A DNA stretch of 56,002 bases, the filler included, from Streblomastix strix (taxonomy: Eukaryota), in the NCBI GenBank assembly GCA_008636045.1. It is 2 parts of 2 records of this genome, joined end to end, with 100 filler letters (N's around TTAATTAATTAA, not from the genome) between each part and the next. Parts side by side here need not be neighbours in the genome. Positions count along the whole stretch, not along the records: positions 1 to 27,965 come from SNRW01000135.1; 1 more part is not named here. One strand, written 5' to 3'. Shown piece by piece: positions 12,920 through 27,300 of this stretch. Within the stretch, counting starts at the first letter, position 1; every line of letters starts with the position of its first letter. The position numbers and the translations under genes were made by a program. The notes below the pieces were generated by a model. The model did not search any database and was not told the origin of the DNA. It saw only the letters and a program-made list of their open reading frames with translations.

Positions 12920-13990
12920 CATTACCCTGTCTCTAAAGATAACGAGGATAATAATTAGTTACCCCCTTTTTTTATCTCTCTTCTTTATTGAGACACCTAG
13001 TTTGATCTTTAATTGTCTTAGTTTAGATTCTTTGCGAATTATCTTGCTGTGTCATTGGCTCTTGTTGATAATGCGAAAATAAAGTATTATTAGATGGTAT
13101 ATGAGTTACAGGAGTGACGATTAAATGTAGCGAGATCTCTTTCAGCGATACATAGCTTTGCCAACTCTGTAATTGCTGAATGTCATACTGAATATGCCGA
13201 TTCTACTAATACCTTCAACAATTTTAATGATTTTGTAAGTTGTAGAAAGATATCTTTTGTAGTTGTTTGATTATTAGAACTATTACGTCACAATAAAAGG
13301 TTAGTGCCATTCAAAAATTGCTTCTTATGCCTATTGATCCATTCATATATATTATCCGTTTTGGACTTAGTTTTTCATTATCGGTTTCGTATACTTCATA
13401 TGTTTCAATTGCATTCGTTTGTTTTGGTGCTATTCTTAATGATTCTTAGGCTCCTATTTTATTAACATTCGAGAATTTCAGTCAAATTTCAGCTAATTCA
13501 TTTTGTCTAAAGACGCAGAATGACATCAGTAAAGAGGCGATTTTCACCTGTAAGTCGTAGTTATTTAAATATTTATTTTGTATTGATTATTTACAATAGT
13601 TGAATAGAATTTATATGTTCCAAATATTTTGATAACTTCTAAATGATATTGAAGCATTTGCTAATGCTTTATTAATTAGTTTTGAGGTTGTTGAAGATGC
13701 AAAGTTCTCTTTATATATGAGGGATAGCATTATTGTTAGACAAGCTTTATGCGAGTTTGCAGATGAAACTGAGTTGTTCTATTTCATATCGAATGCAACT
13801 ACTTCTATCTGTATTACTTTAGCATCTCTTTTCATCGTTTCTTCATTTGTTATTCTTTCTAAATATAACCAATTTTGTTGAAATATTATGGAGTAAAAAT
13901 CTCTTTTAATAGTGTTAAATCGTAAGCCGGTAAATAATAAATTAACTCCTTCGTCAGAACAACTCCTCATATTCATGAATCTCATAAGTA
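12920..13990 (-). pseudogene. DIRS tyrosine recombinase domain
   Basis: SLLMSFCVFRQNELAEI (catalytic R box) and SAYSV*HSAITELAKL...FNRHS...TIQQYF; the HxxR-equivalent Arg is replaced by TGA at 13183. Confidence 0.8.
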
Positions 13991-14049
13991 AATCTCTTCC
14001 TACGCCTGTGACAGGACCAGAAGGAAGGCAGTAACATTTTCATGGATAA

Positions 14050-14740
14050 ATTCCTTAGTTTGACGTACCATGATTACCTCAGCCAAATCTGTGCTATTTT
14101 TCCCTGTGCTTTATCTTATCTCATTTACTATAGAATTCAGTATAATACTGGTATTGGTGGATGGATATATAATTTGACTTTACTCTATTTGTAATTGAAT
14201 GCGTTATGGAAGTGTGTCCCTAGGTCGTTAAGATCCATTGGGGCAAAGTTGTTGATTAGTTTATTACATTATATGGCGAATATGTCTATCTGCGCCATGT
14301 AGTTCCATGTCTTGGAGTTCACATAAACTGTTCCATACTTCAATGCGTAGTCCCCCGATCTGCACAGTCTCGAGAGTGAATCTGTTGTTGAGTTTAGTTT
14401 CCCTGGGATGTGAATTGTTATGATTTATAATTGAAGTCTTTTCACTAATTAAAGTACCTGCATAATTTCTTCTATCAGAAATTCGTTCGTTTTCCATTTT
14501 CCAAGAACGGAGACTGCTGTTGTGTTATCTGATCTTATTAAGATTACCCGATCTTGCATACTCTTGAAGACTTGCTCGAAACGGAGTGGCCCGTAATAAG
14601 CAGCCTTAATTTCGATATGGTTACTTGTCATTTCCGCTTCATTTTCGTTCCAACAGTCGTATTGTATTAATTCTATCTGGTTTTCGTATATCAGCGTCGT
14701 TCTCCAGTCCTATGGTGATGCGTCTGTCGTTAACATGCAT
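14050..14740 (-). pseudogene. DIRS RNase H plus Dam-like methyltransferase domain
   Basis: TTDASPQDW...IRSDNTTAV...HIPGKLNSTTDSLSR, then IDIFA...NAF...LYIHPPIPVL...W..QSWY. Confidence 0.85.
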
Positions 14741-14949
14741 GTTATTGTTTTATGAATAAATGATTCTAGTCAATAATCTCCTATTCACCTTATTCACAAT
14801 TTCGGTTTTCTAAACACTCCCTTATTTATTATCATAGTCTCATCACATATCTTTGTCTTAAATGTTTATGTTTTCTTTTTATTTTAACACTTTAGATATA
14901 GAGATGCTTTTTTATCTAGGGTCTAAAGAAGTTCTAACTGCCAATCAGC

Positions 14950-15830
14950 ACAGCAAATTATCTTATATTCACGCATTTACTTTTATGTATCACGTTGCAC
15001 CAGTCTTTGAATGCTTAAATCATTTAAAATTGTCTCTCTTCTAATATTCTTATATTCATTTCCTTCATGTTTAGTATTCATCCCAGGAATTTTATTATTT
15101 ATTTCGCTTTTGTTTCACGTTTTTCTGTTGATATTGTCCTTCCGAATTGTTCAAATGTTTTCATAATTTCTATTGTTTATGTTTTAAGTATTTGTTTGTC
15201 TTAGTAGATTAGAGAAACGTCGTCGCAGTATTTAAGTATAATAATCTAAGAGTGTATTCATATTTGGCTGAGAATTGATTTTATTGCTTCTGCGACGAAA
15301 ATTGAACTATACTTAGTCCCAAAAGGCATTGCTTTTTATGCGTTGTTATTATTATTAAAGTTAAATACTAAGTACAGTATTGAATTTGGAGATACTGTGA
15401 TGTTATAAAATGCTCATTTGAGGTCGAGAGATGCTGCATAATCCATTTAGTTCGCAAGATATTGTACTTGCTCTAGTTCTTGCATTTTGAAGTGAAATTT
15501 CTCTTTTTCTTTATTCAACTTGCTCGCATCCAGAATCATTCTCCATGTTCTATTCGATTTCTTTATCAGGAATGTACGGTTCTACCATTTCACTTGATCC
15601 TATTAAATTTGTATTACTATTCCTTTTTCTAATTCTTCCTTCAACATTTCTTGGTAAGCTTCCTTCTCTTCTTACGTTCCTCTAAACGGGATTATCGTTT
15701 TATTTTCTTTTAATCTCTATTAGCTGTTTTAGTCTTTAAAACTCAGATAAAATCCAGTGTTTATGAAGTCTTCTTTCCCTATCTGTTTCCATGTTTATAT
15801 AAATCTTTTAGTCTTTCCTCCCATTCCATT
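14950..15830 (-). pseudogene. DIRS reverse transcriptase domain
   Basis: FLIKKSNRTWRMILDASKLN...HFKM...SLDLK*AFYNI...AMPFGTK...KYCDDV...KFLG*ILN. Confidence 0.9.
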
Positions 15831-16899
15831 ATCTTTCTCTTTATATATCAATTCTCCAATCCCTTCCTCCATCTCCTGAGGAGCCGTTATCATCAGCGCG
15901 CTTTTCTTCACTATTCCAGAGGGAGATCTCAACGTTGATCTCCCTTGGATGGAGTGTCCCTGCCCGATCAGGGTCTATGTTCCTCTTCACCCTCCTCGCT
16001 AGAGTCTTTTGGTTCAGGTTTACTCCATTTAGGCTTTTTCGTGGTCTTTTTAGACGTAGCCCTGGGTTTTGGAACTTTGGAAGTTGTTTTGGTTTGAGCG
16101 TAGGCATTGCTGCCCTAGCTCGGTTTATCAGAGGCATTAAATCCTTCTGTTTTTGATTTTTTACTTCCTTTTCCTTACTTAGGCTTCTAATGTACTCCAG
16201 TTGGAGCAGAGCCTGAATCATCTTTTTCCATTTAACTCAAAATATTTAAGCCTTGATTATTTTATGGTGGTGTACCCAGATTCTCTTAAACTGGGGACTA
16301 TGAGATTGTAATAACACTATAGTCTTTGTTTTGGATTAGTGCTGCTTTGTCGGTTTATTCATCTTCCTCCTCTTCAGCATTATCCTCTTAACCTTCATTT
16401 ATTTAAAGATCTGTTCTATCCATATTATTGGCTAATTTTGAACCCGTTTCTTTAAGCCTCAGCCCTGCATTTAATCTTGTGCTCTGGGTACTAGAATTCG
16501 GTTACAATCCAGTTAGCTGTTCTAAAATTCCCTGAATATCAGGTGTATCAGCTTCCATGAGGTACAAAAGTAAAACAAAATAAATATAATAAAATTCATC
16601 ATTTTTCCAAAAAAATTAAGTTTTTAAAATTATTTTTATATCTACAATTTATGTATATAAGTTGTATTTTTAATAAATAATAACTTTGTGCAAAAAACAT
16701 TTATCAGATTTAGCTTAATATTCAATTGACACTATTGAAGATCAATAATATTTTGTTATTATTATTTATTTTCATTCCATTACAAGTCATTCAAGATGTT
16801 GATGGAGTTATTTTCTTTTGAGCTTTTGAACCGGATATTTGTTGTTGAATTTATTATGTTTCCATCTTGCTGAAGACAGATTGTTAGCTCGTTTGTTGC

Positions 16900-17950
16900 T
16901 GCTATTATAGATGAACTTATTTGAGTGTTTGAGAATTATTGTTATTTATTTCTCCTATCACTTAAAGTCTATTATTCCTTGAACCGGATATCCCATATTT
17001 CTCTTTCTCTCTTTGTAATGCTGCTAATCTTTTCTATTTTATTTTTTATTTATAAATATCATCTTGGTCTGGTGTATATTCACTTCTACGATTTTGTTTC
17101 GGTATTTAGGTTGAAGCTTATTGTTTTGGTTGGATTTGTTGTATTCATTTGACTATGAGAATAGATGATTTGAGTTATGAAGTTGCTATTTAGTATTATG
17201 CGACTCTTAGTTTTGTTCTAGAGTCTGGTTCTCGTTCCAGTTTAACAATGGTCTCATTATTTGTTTACGAATTACTGATGGCGTCAGTCAGCGAAATATT
17301 TTTGTCTTCATTCTTGCCTTGCCTAGTTGCAGGATTCAAACAATAAATTAGTAATTCCTATTATATCTTTGTTCGTTGCTTTGCTCCCCGCAATTATTTG
17401 TGCTCCAAACATATGTGATCCCGTTTCGCTATTCAAATGTCAGCTAATTGAATTGGCAGCTAAATTTAAATAGTTTGCATTGGTTCCGTTTTCGTTCTGC
17501 GCTCTTGCAAAATACGTTCTCTCGGCTTCCCATAAATTATTGATCATCAAACTGAGTAAACCAATTGCCAGTTGTTCTTCTTGTGGTTCGTACAAATGTG
17601 CTAGTTTTCCTTCATCTTTTCTGAAGTTGTATAAAGCTAGCGCTTATTCGTTCTACAAAATTTTGTTGATTGGATTTCTCGTCTACGGGCCTCGGAGTTA
17701 GTTGCCGATCAATATCTTGTAGCGTCGTCTGTTGTTAGGATTGATGAAATTTTCCGATTTCGTCTTCGAGTTCCGGTTGCTCGATCGTGGTCGTAACTGG
17801 TGTCCTTGCGGTGAATTTTGGCGTGTCGTAGTTCTTAAACAGTCCCGGCTCTGATGATTCCGGTTTTACTGGCTTCTTTGACGTTTTTTTGAAAATGACC
17901 ACTTCATAGATCAAATACCTGTTCGTGCACCGTTCATATTGGAACCACAA
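16900..17950 (-). pseudogene. Gag-like ORF remnant of a DIRS element
   Basis: GC-richer coding-like sequence (PKFTARTPVTTTIEQPELEDE...) just inside the terminal hairpin; assigned by position. Confidence 0.45.
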
Positions 17951-17986
17951 TTTAATCTAAATAAAGAGCTGAGATAAGGGGAGAAG

Positions 17987-18030
17987 CGTAACCGATTATT
18001 ATCCTTGTCTCCCTTGGATACAGGGTGATT
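17987..18030. repeat. DIRS terminal hairpin motif (copies at 12918-12966 inverted and 31390-31439)
   Basis: GTAACCGATTATTATCCTTGTCTCCCTTGGATACAGGGTGATT versus GTAACCAATTATTATCCTCGTCTCCCTTGGAGACAGGGTAATAAT at 31394. Confidence 0.8.
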
Positions 18031-18377
18031 AATTCAAACAAATTTTAATAAAATTATTTATATCTAGGAATGTTAATAGTTTATTATCTAATAAATTCAC
18101 AACGTTAATTATCATAACATCTAATAATTAATAATAATAAATTACGAATTATGAAAAATAATTAGGACTAAAAAATTTAAAAAAACTATTTAAATTTGGT
18201 AAAATTGATAAATCAAATTCTACGACATAGATAATGCATATAAATAACAAAATCTCAAGGTTTCGTAAGTAAAATAAAAAAAAAAAACAAATTTTAGCTC
18301 ATGAAAATATAAAAATGGAAATAAAACAAATCGCAAAATGTTTTTCTGAAACAAAAATTAAAATTAAAAAAAAATAC

Positions 18378-21300
18378 TCAAAGTTAATTTAATTAATTAA
18401 TATTATTAGTGTTCAAATATAAAAATTAATCTTTATCACTTTGAATATCAGAAGTAAGTTCTTCTCCACTGCTATCATCAGTCACAACAGTTGCATATAG
18501 TGGAATTGCTCCAGGTCTACTATATCTTGATTGAACAACTTAAGAAGATTGATATTTCTAGTTTAATTATATTGGGGTATTATACGGAATATAAAATTAG
18601 TTGATATTTAAATTAACAGGTTAATTAGGAAGCTCAAAAACTTGTTCAACAGAATGAAATGAAGAAGGAGGTTAAATAAACTTTGAAGAAGTTTAATTAA
18701 TTTCGGGTAAGGTGGTGTTTAAGAGGGTAGATAGTGTAAAATTTTGGGGTTATTATATTAATGATGAATTTTCAGTTCTATTTTGAATAGAAGAAGGATT
18801 CTAAAACGAAGACTAAATATAAGCAAAGTTGTTCTCAACTTTTGCATCGTCTTTCATCTTAGAATCCTAAGAAGAAATAATTCCTATATTCTCGCCCCAA
18901 TCAATATCTTTTTGTGTTTAATTGAAGTGAGGGAAATGAACATTGAATTGAGCACGTTGTAATTATTGCAATTGTGGTTATTAAGTCTCTTGAAGATTTA
19001 ATAAATTATCTTCTCTTTTGTTATTATCTGAAAAAATAATTCCAATATCTTAATTAATTTCTGTTTATTAAAAAATAAAATTTGGTTGATAGATATCAAA
19101 ATCGAATTCATCAACTAGTGGAAGCTCAAATTATTTTAGTGGATGTGCAATATTTTATACTTAATCATCGATATTAATGACATTTGCTTATTAACTTNNN
19201 NNNNNNNNNNNNNNNNNNNNNNNNNNNNNNNNNNNNNNNNNNNNNNNNNNNNNNNNNNNNNNNNNNNNNNNNNNNNNNNNNNNNNNNNNNNNNNNNNAAA
19301 AATAAAATTTGGTTGATAGATATCAAAATCGAATTCATCAACTAGTGGAAGCTCAAATTATTTTAGTGGATGTGCAATATTTTATACTTAATCATCGATA
19401 TTAATGACATTTGCTTATTAACTTAAAGAATGATTATTATTTTCTTCATTTTATTCCATATCTTTCTTCTTCTTTATTCTATGCTTTTTATCTTTCAATT
19501 TTTCAGTTTCTTTATCAATTATAGTTTTAAAATTTTTTTCTTTTTCGTGTTTATTAAGTTTTTTATCTCGTTTGCGATTATTAACTTTTACTTTTTCTCT
19601 TTTATTAATAGATTCATATTCATTATCAATATTTTAAATTTACTCTTTTTAATATTTTTTGAAAATATTTATATCTTCTTTATTATTATGGATATGTTCT
19701 TATTAAATTTATGGGGTTTAGACTGGAAATGAAGATATTGTTTATAAATTTGACTAATGAGGCTAAATTGATTTATTTAAAATTTGAGTGTTAAATGAAT
19801 TTAATTCTGAAGTTTCTTAATTTTTTTAAGATTATAAATCGGAGTTTATATCTGTTATTCGAGATTGTTGCTATTATGTTTGAGTTAAATAAACAGGAAA
19901 TTAATTTTAAGGAAATTGAGTAATGAAAGTAACATCATCTTCAGAGATTGTAACTTCTTCAACTATATTGTGTTGTAATAAATGATAAAGTTCTTTACTT
20001 TTGCTTATCATGAATATATTTTTATTCTCTTTTATTAATGGTTTGTATAAAGAATTCAAGTTGAAGTTTAAACCTGCAAAAGTTAATTTTAATTTGTTAT
20101 AATTCATTTTCTCTGATATTCGCAACAAATCAAGAGAATATTCAGAAGAATTTCTATTAAATTATTTTGATAATTTGATAGAGTTTGAAATAAGACCTTA
20201 AGGATATATTCCATCAACTGTAGGATCATCTTTGAAACTCATGTCTATGCTAGAATAAATACCTAAAGGTTCATTCATAATTTCATTTCCATATTTAAAC
20301 CATAATTAATATTCAAGAAATCTTTCTCGATTAAGTGAATGTTAGAATTCTTCTTTCACTCTTTTTATAAAACCACTTTTCGAGCATTTGAGAGCCACAT
20401 TTAGTAGTTTCATTCCTATTCTGGACTATTTTAAGAGATATTCTATATTTTATACAACTTTATTTGTATCATCTTTAATTATTATATCAAATGGTTTAAC
20501 AATCATATTCATTATAGCATAAACTTCTTTCTTTAACAAAGTTTCAAGGCTGAAATTTTAAATTTCTTCCGTTTTTCTATTTTGAAGATTCAAATTCTGG
20601 AAATTCTTGATGAAACGCCGAAGAACTTCACGAATGATTAGCCGACGTTGATTCATTGTTCTAACATAATAAGTCAAAATTTTAATGGTAGTTATCACAT
20701 TCTAATAGGACAGAGTTTTAAAGTAAGTAGCTTCAGTGTTAATTGGCTTTGGCGATAAACCAAATACATCATAACTTGATATATATCTTCCATTTCTCAT
20801 TCCATAAATATTCGGTAAAAAATCGCTTAATGGAACAGGAGGTATTCTTGCAATTCTTCCAGTTGCAATCCATTCACGCAATGCTTATTCAATGATGGTT
20901 ATTCTGAACGTTTTAACTTCAATATCATTAAAATCTTCAAATATTTTTTTTTGCTGATGTTTCCAAATGTCACCAAAATTCATTTCAAGCATAGCCAAAA
21001 TATGTATAGTAATAAATATGTCTTTAATGGGAAATTTATCATATACAGTCGGTATAGCTCTCATTATTTTCCCAGATCGACTGAAAATGATAAATGATGG
21101 AATTGCAGGAAGACGCTACATTGCATTTTTTGAAGTAAAATTCATCAACTCCATAAATGTTTGAGTACTTTTTATTTCAGGCAAATAACTTTCATCATCA
21201 AAGTCTTCAGCATATAATTCATCTTCAGTTTCTTCAACGTGTTTTATAATTGAGTTATTATCCACTTTTTCATTTTTAATTGTTTATTATTAAATATTAG

Positions 21301-24300
21301 TTTTTAAATTATTAATCTATTTCTAATCAATTAATGATGTTAGACTAAATTTTTAAGACTTTAATGTTTCTAAGTTATTTAACATTTTTCTAAAGAAACT
21401 GTTTCGAATTTCACCAAATATTGAATTAGCTCCTAAGTTACATCTTTAAATGAATGAAAAATGGCAAATTGTAGATATTCTAGCATTAAGCACAGCACAC
21501 ATTGGAAGGTATTCATATTCATCTTTATCTCTAATATATCCTTTATTTTAATTTGTTTACTTTTTCATTCGTTTATATAGAGGATTTGGAAGAAGTGCAT
21601 AGATGAGGACTTATTAATCTCCAACAATTCCGAATTAATTGATTCCAAGTTGTGCAGAATCAACAATAAGAGTTGGTGCATATGCTTGAGCAAGCAGTCT
21701 CGTTTTCTATCCAAAAGCAGCTGCAGTTCGAACAAGATCATTTGGTCTATGTTTTAAAAATATTCCAGCAGCAGCTGCTAAATTAGAAGAATTTATTGGT
21801 GGAATTGAACTTTTATATTGTTTTTGGTTCTCTAATTATTCTAATTCGGTAACGTTTGATGCTTTTTATGGTGTTTCAATTTAGTCAATTAATTATTCAA
21901 CTTAATTTATATTCGAATGGCAATTTAAATTATTTTAGATGGAATTTTCTGAAAATGAATTAGTAATTTGTTATTATGACTTATTATTATATGATATTCT
22001 AAATACTCTATTACATTGACGACATTTTGGCTAAGCAAAGCACAGTGGCATAATTGATGTATTTGGTAATACAATCATATCTTGATCCTATTTCTTGTAA
22101 AATACTTACATGGATGGAGGAATATATAATTTTTATTTATTTGTTAATAATAAATCTTTCTTCAACTTCTTCTTTTAATTTTTCTGTTTCTAATTCTTGG
22201 AATTTAAAATTTGTTTCGATTTATTAATCATATCTTCAACAAGTTCACCATCTTTTGGATTATAAGCACAGAGTCTACGCTTTTAAATTAAGGTTAAATA
22301 ATTCAGCTGAAAAGATTTATTAGATTAAATATTCAAAAAAGCAAATCCACAGGGTGAAAATATAAGTAAAGCACGAAGGGTTTGTGGTGTTTGCATATAA
22401 GATGGAATAATATTGGATAATTTATGATCGAGAGTTAATCCTCTAAAATTGCCAAGATCATTATATATACTTCCAGAAAGAACTTATCTTGGAAGTGGCG
22501 CAACTGTTGGGCGACTCTACATTTTCAAAAGCGTAAAGCATGTTATCGGAGAAGGTGCAATAATGAGTGCAACTTGTACAATATTGAATGTTAATGGGCT
22601 GGATACTATATAAGAATCCATTGCCTAATATGGAATGGCTGTAACATCATTACCATATGTAAAAAACTATCTCATCTTTGGTAGCGACAATATCGGTTTT
22701 ATTTTCAATTAGCCTTTGCTGTCGTTTCTATTATTAACATTCGTTATTGAAGCATGAAATGGAGTTGAAGGAAACAATTCTCCGATTTCTGAGAACATTG
22801 GATTGGTACACGAGCAATATTAAAGGTTGGAATATTTATTCATATTTTCATTAGTAGGATGAATTAATTATAAATCATTGTCAATTTATTTTTCATCATT
22901 TTTTAATTTCTTCAATTATTATTATTGATGTTACTATTATTATTAAATCAATTGATTATAAGAATTTAAATTGTAAATCTTACTTATTGTTGATAATTCT
23001 TAATCATCAATTCTTGGTCCAATAAAGAAAATAAAAGCTCCTCTTCCATTCAAAACAACAAGAGTAGAAGGAAAACCATAAATGCCTTATACTCCACCAA
23101 TAATACGGATTCGTTTGTGAAGAGTCAATGATACATTTAAATTCTACATTCTATCGTATACAGTTGTCATCGGACTGGTACTCAAATCACCATAGCTATG
23201 AGGAATTGTTTCGCAATCATCTAATGCACTTTGAATTTGTTCGTCATTAAAATGAATATGATTATCATTATTTCCAACTTTATCTTCATTGTTTTTAGAA
23301 AGTTGTTTTTCAAGAAGTTATCGAGCTGTATTTCTTGCGTTTCCAAGTGTATAATGTCTTTCAACTTCAAAAGTGAAAATATCAGTAATCATGCTTTCAT
23401 AAAATGTTTCGTTTTCAAGGTCGGTGATTTATTTTTATTAAGATTATGAATTTTAATTTTCTCCAATGAGTGGCATATCAATTCTTTAAGATCCAAATGT
23501 GCTTTCTCTTCCAAGAACGCAAATTAATGAACGAGCAAATCTTTCACTAAACTCGCCGGAATGCATAGCTTTTAATAATTCTGTATTAATTTCTCTATTT
23601 TTGTTATTTTCTTTATATTATTAAGTTAATACTCTTTTTCTATTAAGATATTCATTTTCATCAAAATTTCCAGATTCAATATTTTTTGGTTTTATTTATG
23701 TGTCTAATATATTATTTTCAATTTAATAATTACCAATGTTTTAATTTGATTCAATTTATTTATTAAATTTTTATCCATCAAAGGATTCTTGAAGTTTTAA
23801 TGTTTATTATATTAAGATTAAATCGTTTTTTATATTTGATTCTTCAATTTCTTCAAATAATTTATTAATGTTATTTATGCTTTTCTTATCATAATTCAAT
23901 TCATTTGATGCTTCTTCAAGTTCATTAATTGTGCTTCGTTGCACTTTCATCGATTCTTAAAATCCTTTCTGTGTTGGAATTGATACACAAACCATACTGA
24001 AGAAATTGTATAATTATGTTGTAATAGCAAAATTGTCCAATTTATAGTAATCTTCAACAGTTAATGGTTCATTGTTTCGAATTTATTAATTTGATGATAA
24101 ATTGTTTAATTCATTTTAGTTTTTCCCAAAATCAAGATTGAGATTTGATAAATTGAGTTAACCAATGCGAAGATGCATTTCAGTTTCATCATAGAGAATT
24201 ATCACAAATGAATTTGTTACTGTTTTCACAAATTGCTCAAATGAATTGGCAGTAAATTCAATTCTATTTTCATTTGCATTTTATTTTTAGGTTAATAATG

Positions 24301-27300
24301 TTTCTTAAGAGGAAGAATTGGATTATGTAGATGGTAATGAAATGTTTAAATTTGGATGATTTATTGAAGGAAGTGGTAATTATTCGTTAATTTAAATATC
24401 TTTTTATTTGTTTATGTTTTCAATATTTTAGTCTTTAACAACATAAAGTTCGTTGTTAGCAATATATACAGATTCCTTTTTCATTGCATTTAGGCGTACG
24501 CTTCTATTCTTTATTGCACTGATTACATTTGGGGGATATAGGTAGGTAGGATATCCAAAAGTAAAGTTAGTTTAAGATGAATAACACAAGTTTATTTTTT
24601 AAGCATTATATCTATAAGGTGGTAATCTTTTAGGTCGATAATCTTTAAAGTGTTTTGAGTGAGATTCAATGAACCAATCAGTTGCAATATCAATAAACGG
24701 ATCTCCTTTATAATCTCGTTCAGGAATTGATTCATGAAAGAATTATCCAGATAATTAATATTTATTTTATTTAATTTTTTGTTCCATTGTTTCATTATTT
24801 ATTTATTCAATGTTCGGAGAAAATGATGAAGGAGATATTTATGATTAGGTTTGTTATTCTTCACTGGATCTAATTTTACCTTTAAATTTAAGATAAGTTA
24901 TGAAGATATCGTGGTATGGCATATACATCTATTAATCTAAACTTGAAATACCTGAAACATCCAATCCTAATCCAGTAAGCGAAGAAGATTTTGTGTTGTT
25001 TATCAATTGTACATTTTATGATGAATTTTTATTATTTTCTTTATGGGACATTTAAAATTTTTCGTTTTGATTTACGTTATTATTATATTCTTATGTTTGT
25101 TCATAATAAGGATAATTAGAATGTTCACGGCATAGAACAGCGATTGCATGCATAGTAGGAACATGAGCTACAGCAAGTGGTAATGAAGGTAAATCTTTGA
25201 TTTATCTTGTTATTATTCGACGTTTATCAATGGTGCCAAATGTGAGCTTTTGATCAGTGAAATCTATCCATGCAACTGTTGGATGAGGAATTTGAGTTTT
25301 AGGCGTATCTTCAGTATTAGCATTAAATGATTACTTCTCAAGATCAATTTTATCATTTTCTTTATTCGAATTATCATCTTATAAGAATTAAAGTGAAGGT
25401 TATTCATCAACAACACGCATTGGAACAAACGAATGAATAATTGATGGGTATTCTAAATCTGTCCACATAAACTTGCACGCATTATTGCTCCATGTCAATG
25501 CATATGCTCTATCTCCATATATATAAATAATACCATCATCTTCAGCCATTCAAACAGTTTATGGATACAATCTTATAGATGTTATTAAAGAAGGAAAGAA
25601 GAATTAAGATGAACAGTGTTAAGATTTTTAATCATATTCTGTTGGTGGGAAATCAAGTATTGCTGATAATGGAGTAATTGCAGTTGCCAACTATCCATTA
25701 TGACCAGCAATAATCAATACAGCACCATCATTCTGCATGTATTACTAATGATCGTTTAAAATATCATTTTCAGATGAGAGATGAGTAGGTGAAGTTTGTT
25801 TGTGGAAAGAATGATTATCATTACTATTATTATAAAATAATATATTTGACTATTTTTCTTCTTATGTATAAAAATGCATTTGATTATTAAATGTTGTTAG
25901 AATAATCTGTTCTAATCTATCATATGGAAATAAATCAAACAATCTTGTCATTACTACATTTGATGAATAATAAACTTCTACAAACTAATGAGAGCCACAC
26001 ATCACTTCAACAAATCTAATTTATTTATTTGTAAAAACTTCATTTCTTTATTATTTTTCTGAATTTTCAAAAGACGATGATTATAAGATTGAACATTAAT
26101 TTCCTTCGCCAAGACGTATTGAGTGCTTGTTTTGATTTTCATTAACATTTGATTCACTTTTAATCCCATTTATAATAATAAGTGTAGGATCTGGACGAAG
26201 TACAGTTGGATAAGCAATTTAATATTTAAGATTATTAAGTAGTTTTTCACCTTCATCCCAAAGTTTATTGTGACTATTTATCGTTTATTGAGCAATTTGA
26301 GGAGTATCTAAACGAAATAAGAATACAGATGATGGTGATTCACATCCAACAACAAGAAATGATCTGGAGCAGATTGTAGATGCTGTAAGAGTCTTGACAG
26401 GTGAAGGAAAGCAAAGTGTTGATACTGGATGCAATATTGCTGGGATTTATGAAATTGACGATTGATTATTTGAAGATTTGGCCGGATTGCTTGAGTTTGA
26501 TGTGATTTAAGGTCTTGAAGGATTCCAAACAAGAACAAAAACAATACATTTATATGACACTGCAATCATATTATCTGTAACACATGCACATTCAAATGCT
26601 AATTATTATGATTATTCAGCATATTAAAAAGATGAAATTTGCTCTGATTATACAATCTAGGATTTTTAAGAGTTCATATTTGAGTGCTTTTGTTGAAAGT
26701 CTGATATACGTTATTAGCAAAACTCTTCTGAAAGTAATGTAGGAGCTTACCATAATATCGCGTGTTAAGCATTATATCCAATGAATTCAGATCGAATTAT
26801 TAATCCTTTTTAGTAAATATTCTTTGGTATTTATTATTAGGATTATGGATTAATGATTGTCGATAAAGTATTTGATCCTTATTATTATGATTATTCATCT
26901 TGATTTGATTAATGTGCAAAGAAACGAAGTGTTGGAATTACATGTATATCTGATGTAGTGACTTGAACAACTGCTCCATTTGCACTTCCAAGAGTCAATG
27001 TTTTCTTCAAATTGTCAATTCCAATATCTTTAGAATCAACTGGTTGAACAACATCTTCGTGAAGAGTAAAAATTGATGAATAATAAATATTATATAAATT
27101 TCCTCCATCTTTTAGTAAACTAGAATGTTTATTAGGATATAAAGATTACTTCTTTTAGAAATTCATTTTATTACTATCATCCTTATTTTTCTCTGATTGT
27201 TCATTATTAATTTCAATAATTTTTTCTTCTTCTACCAACAATAATGAATGAAGTGGAGAACCAGCATACGCTCGAGATGTGAATAGTGTAGGTAACTCTT

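Larger units (their letters stand above)
12800..18030 (-). mobile_element. DIRS-like tyrosine-recombinase retrotransposon (decayed; possibly two juxtaposed copies)
   Basis: Gag-like, RT, RNase H, Dam-like methyltransferase and YR motifs in DIRS order on the minus strand; a shared ~45-bp hairpin motif in inverted orientation at 12918-12966 and 17987-18030. AT-rich break at 16570-16780. Confidence 0.9.

Noticed and set aside
12920..16000. TGA codons in the DIRS (and viral) ORFs as evidence for UGA=Trp
   Set aside because: They fall at expected Arg (SV*HS), Ser/Gln (DLK*AF) and Trp (FLG*I) positions and coexist with frameshifts, so they are best explained by decay; the cluster at 15850-15970 overlaps another open frame.
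19071..19424. 127-bp perfect direct repeat around an N-run
   Set aside because: Unmerged contig overlap; collapsing it restores the host reading frame.
19430..19732. Hydrophobic plus-strand ORF and similar short plus-strand ORFs in the track
   Set aside because: Antisense shadows of K/E/N-rich minus-strand coding sequence.
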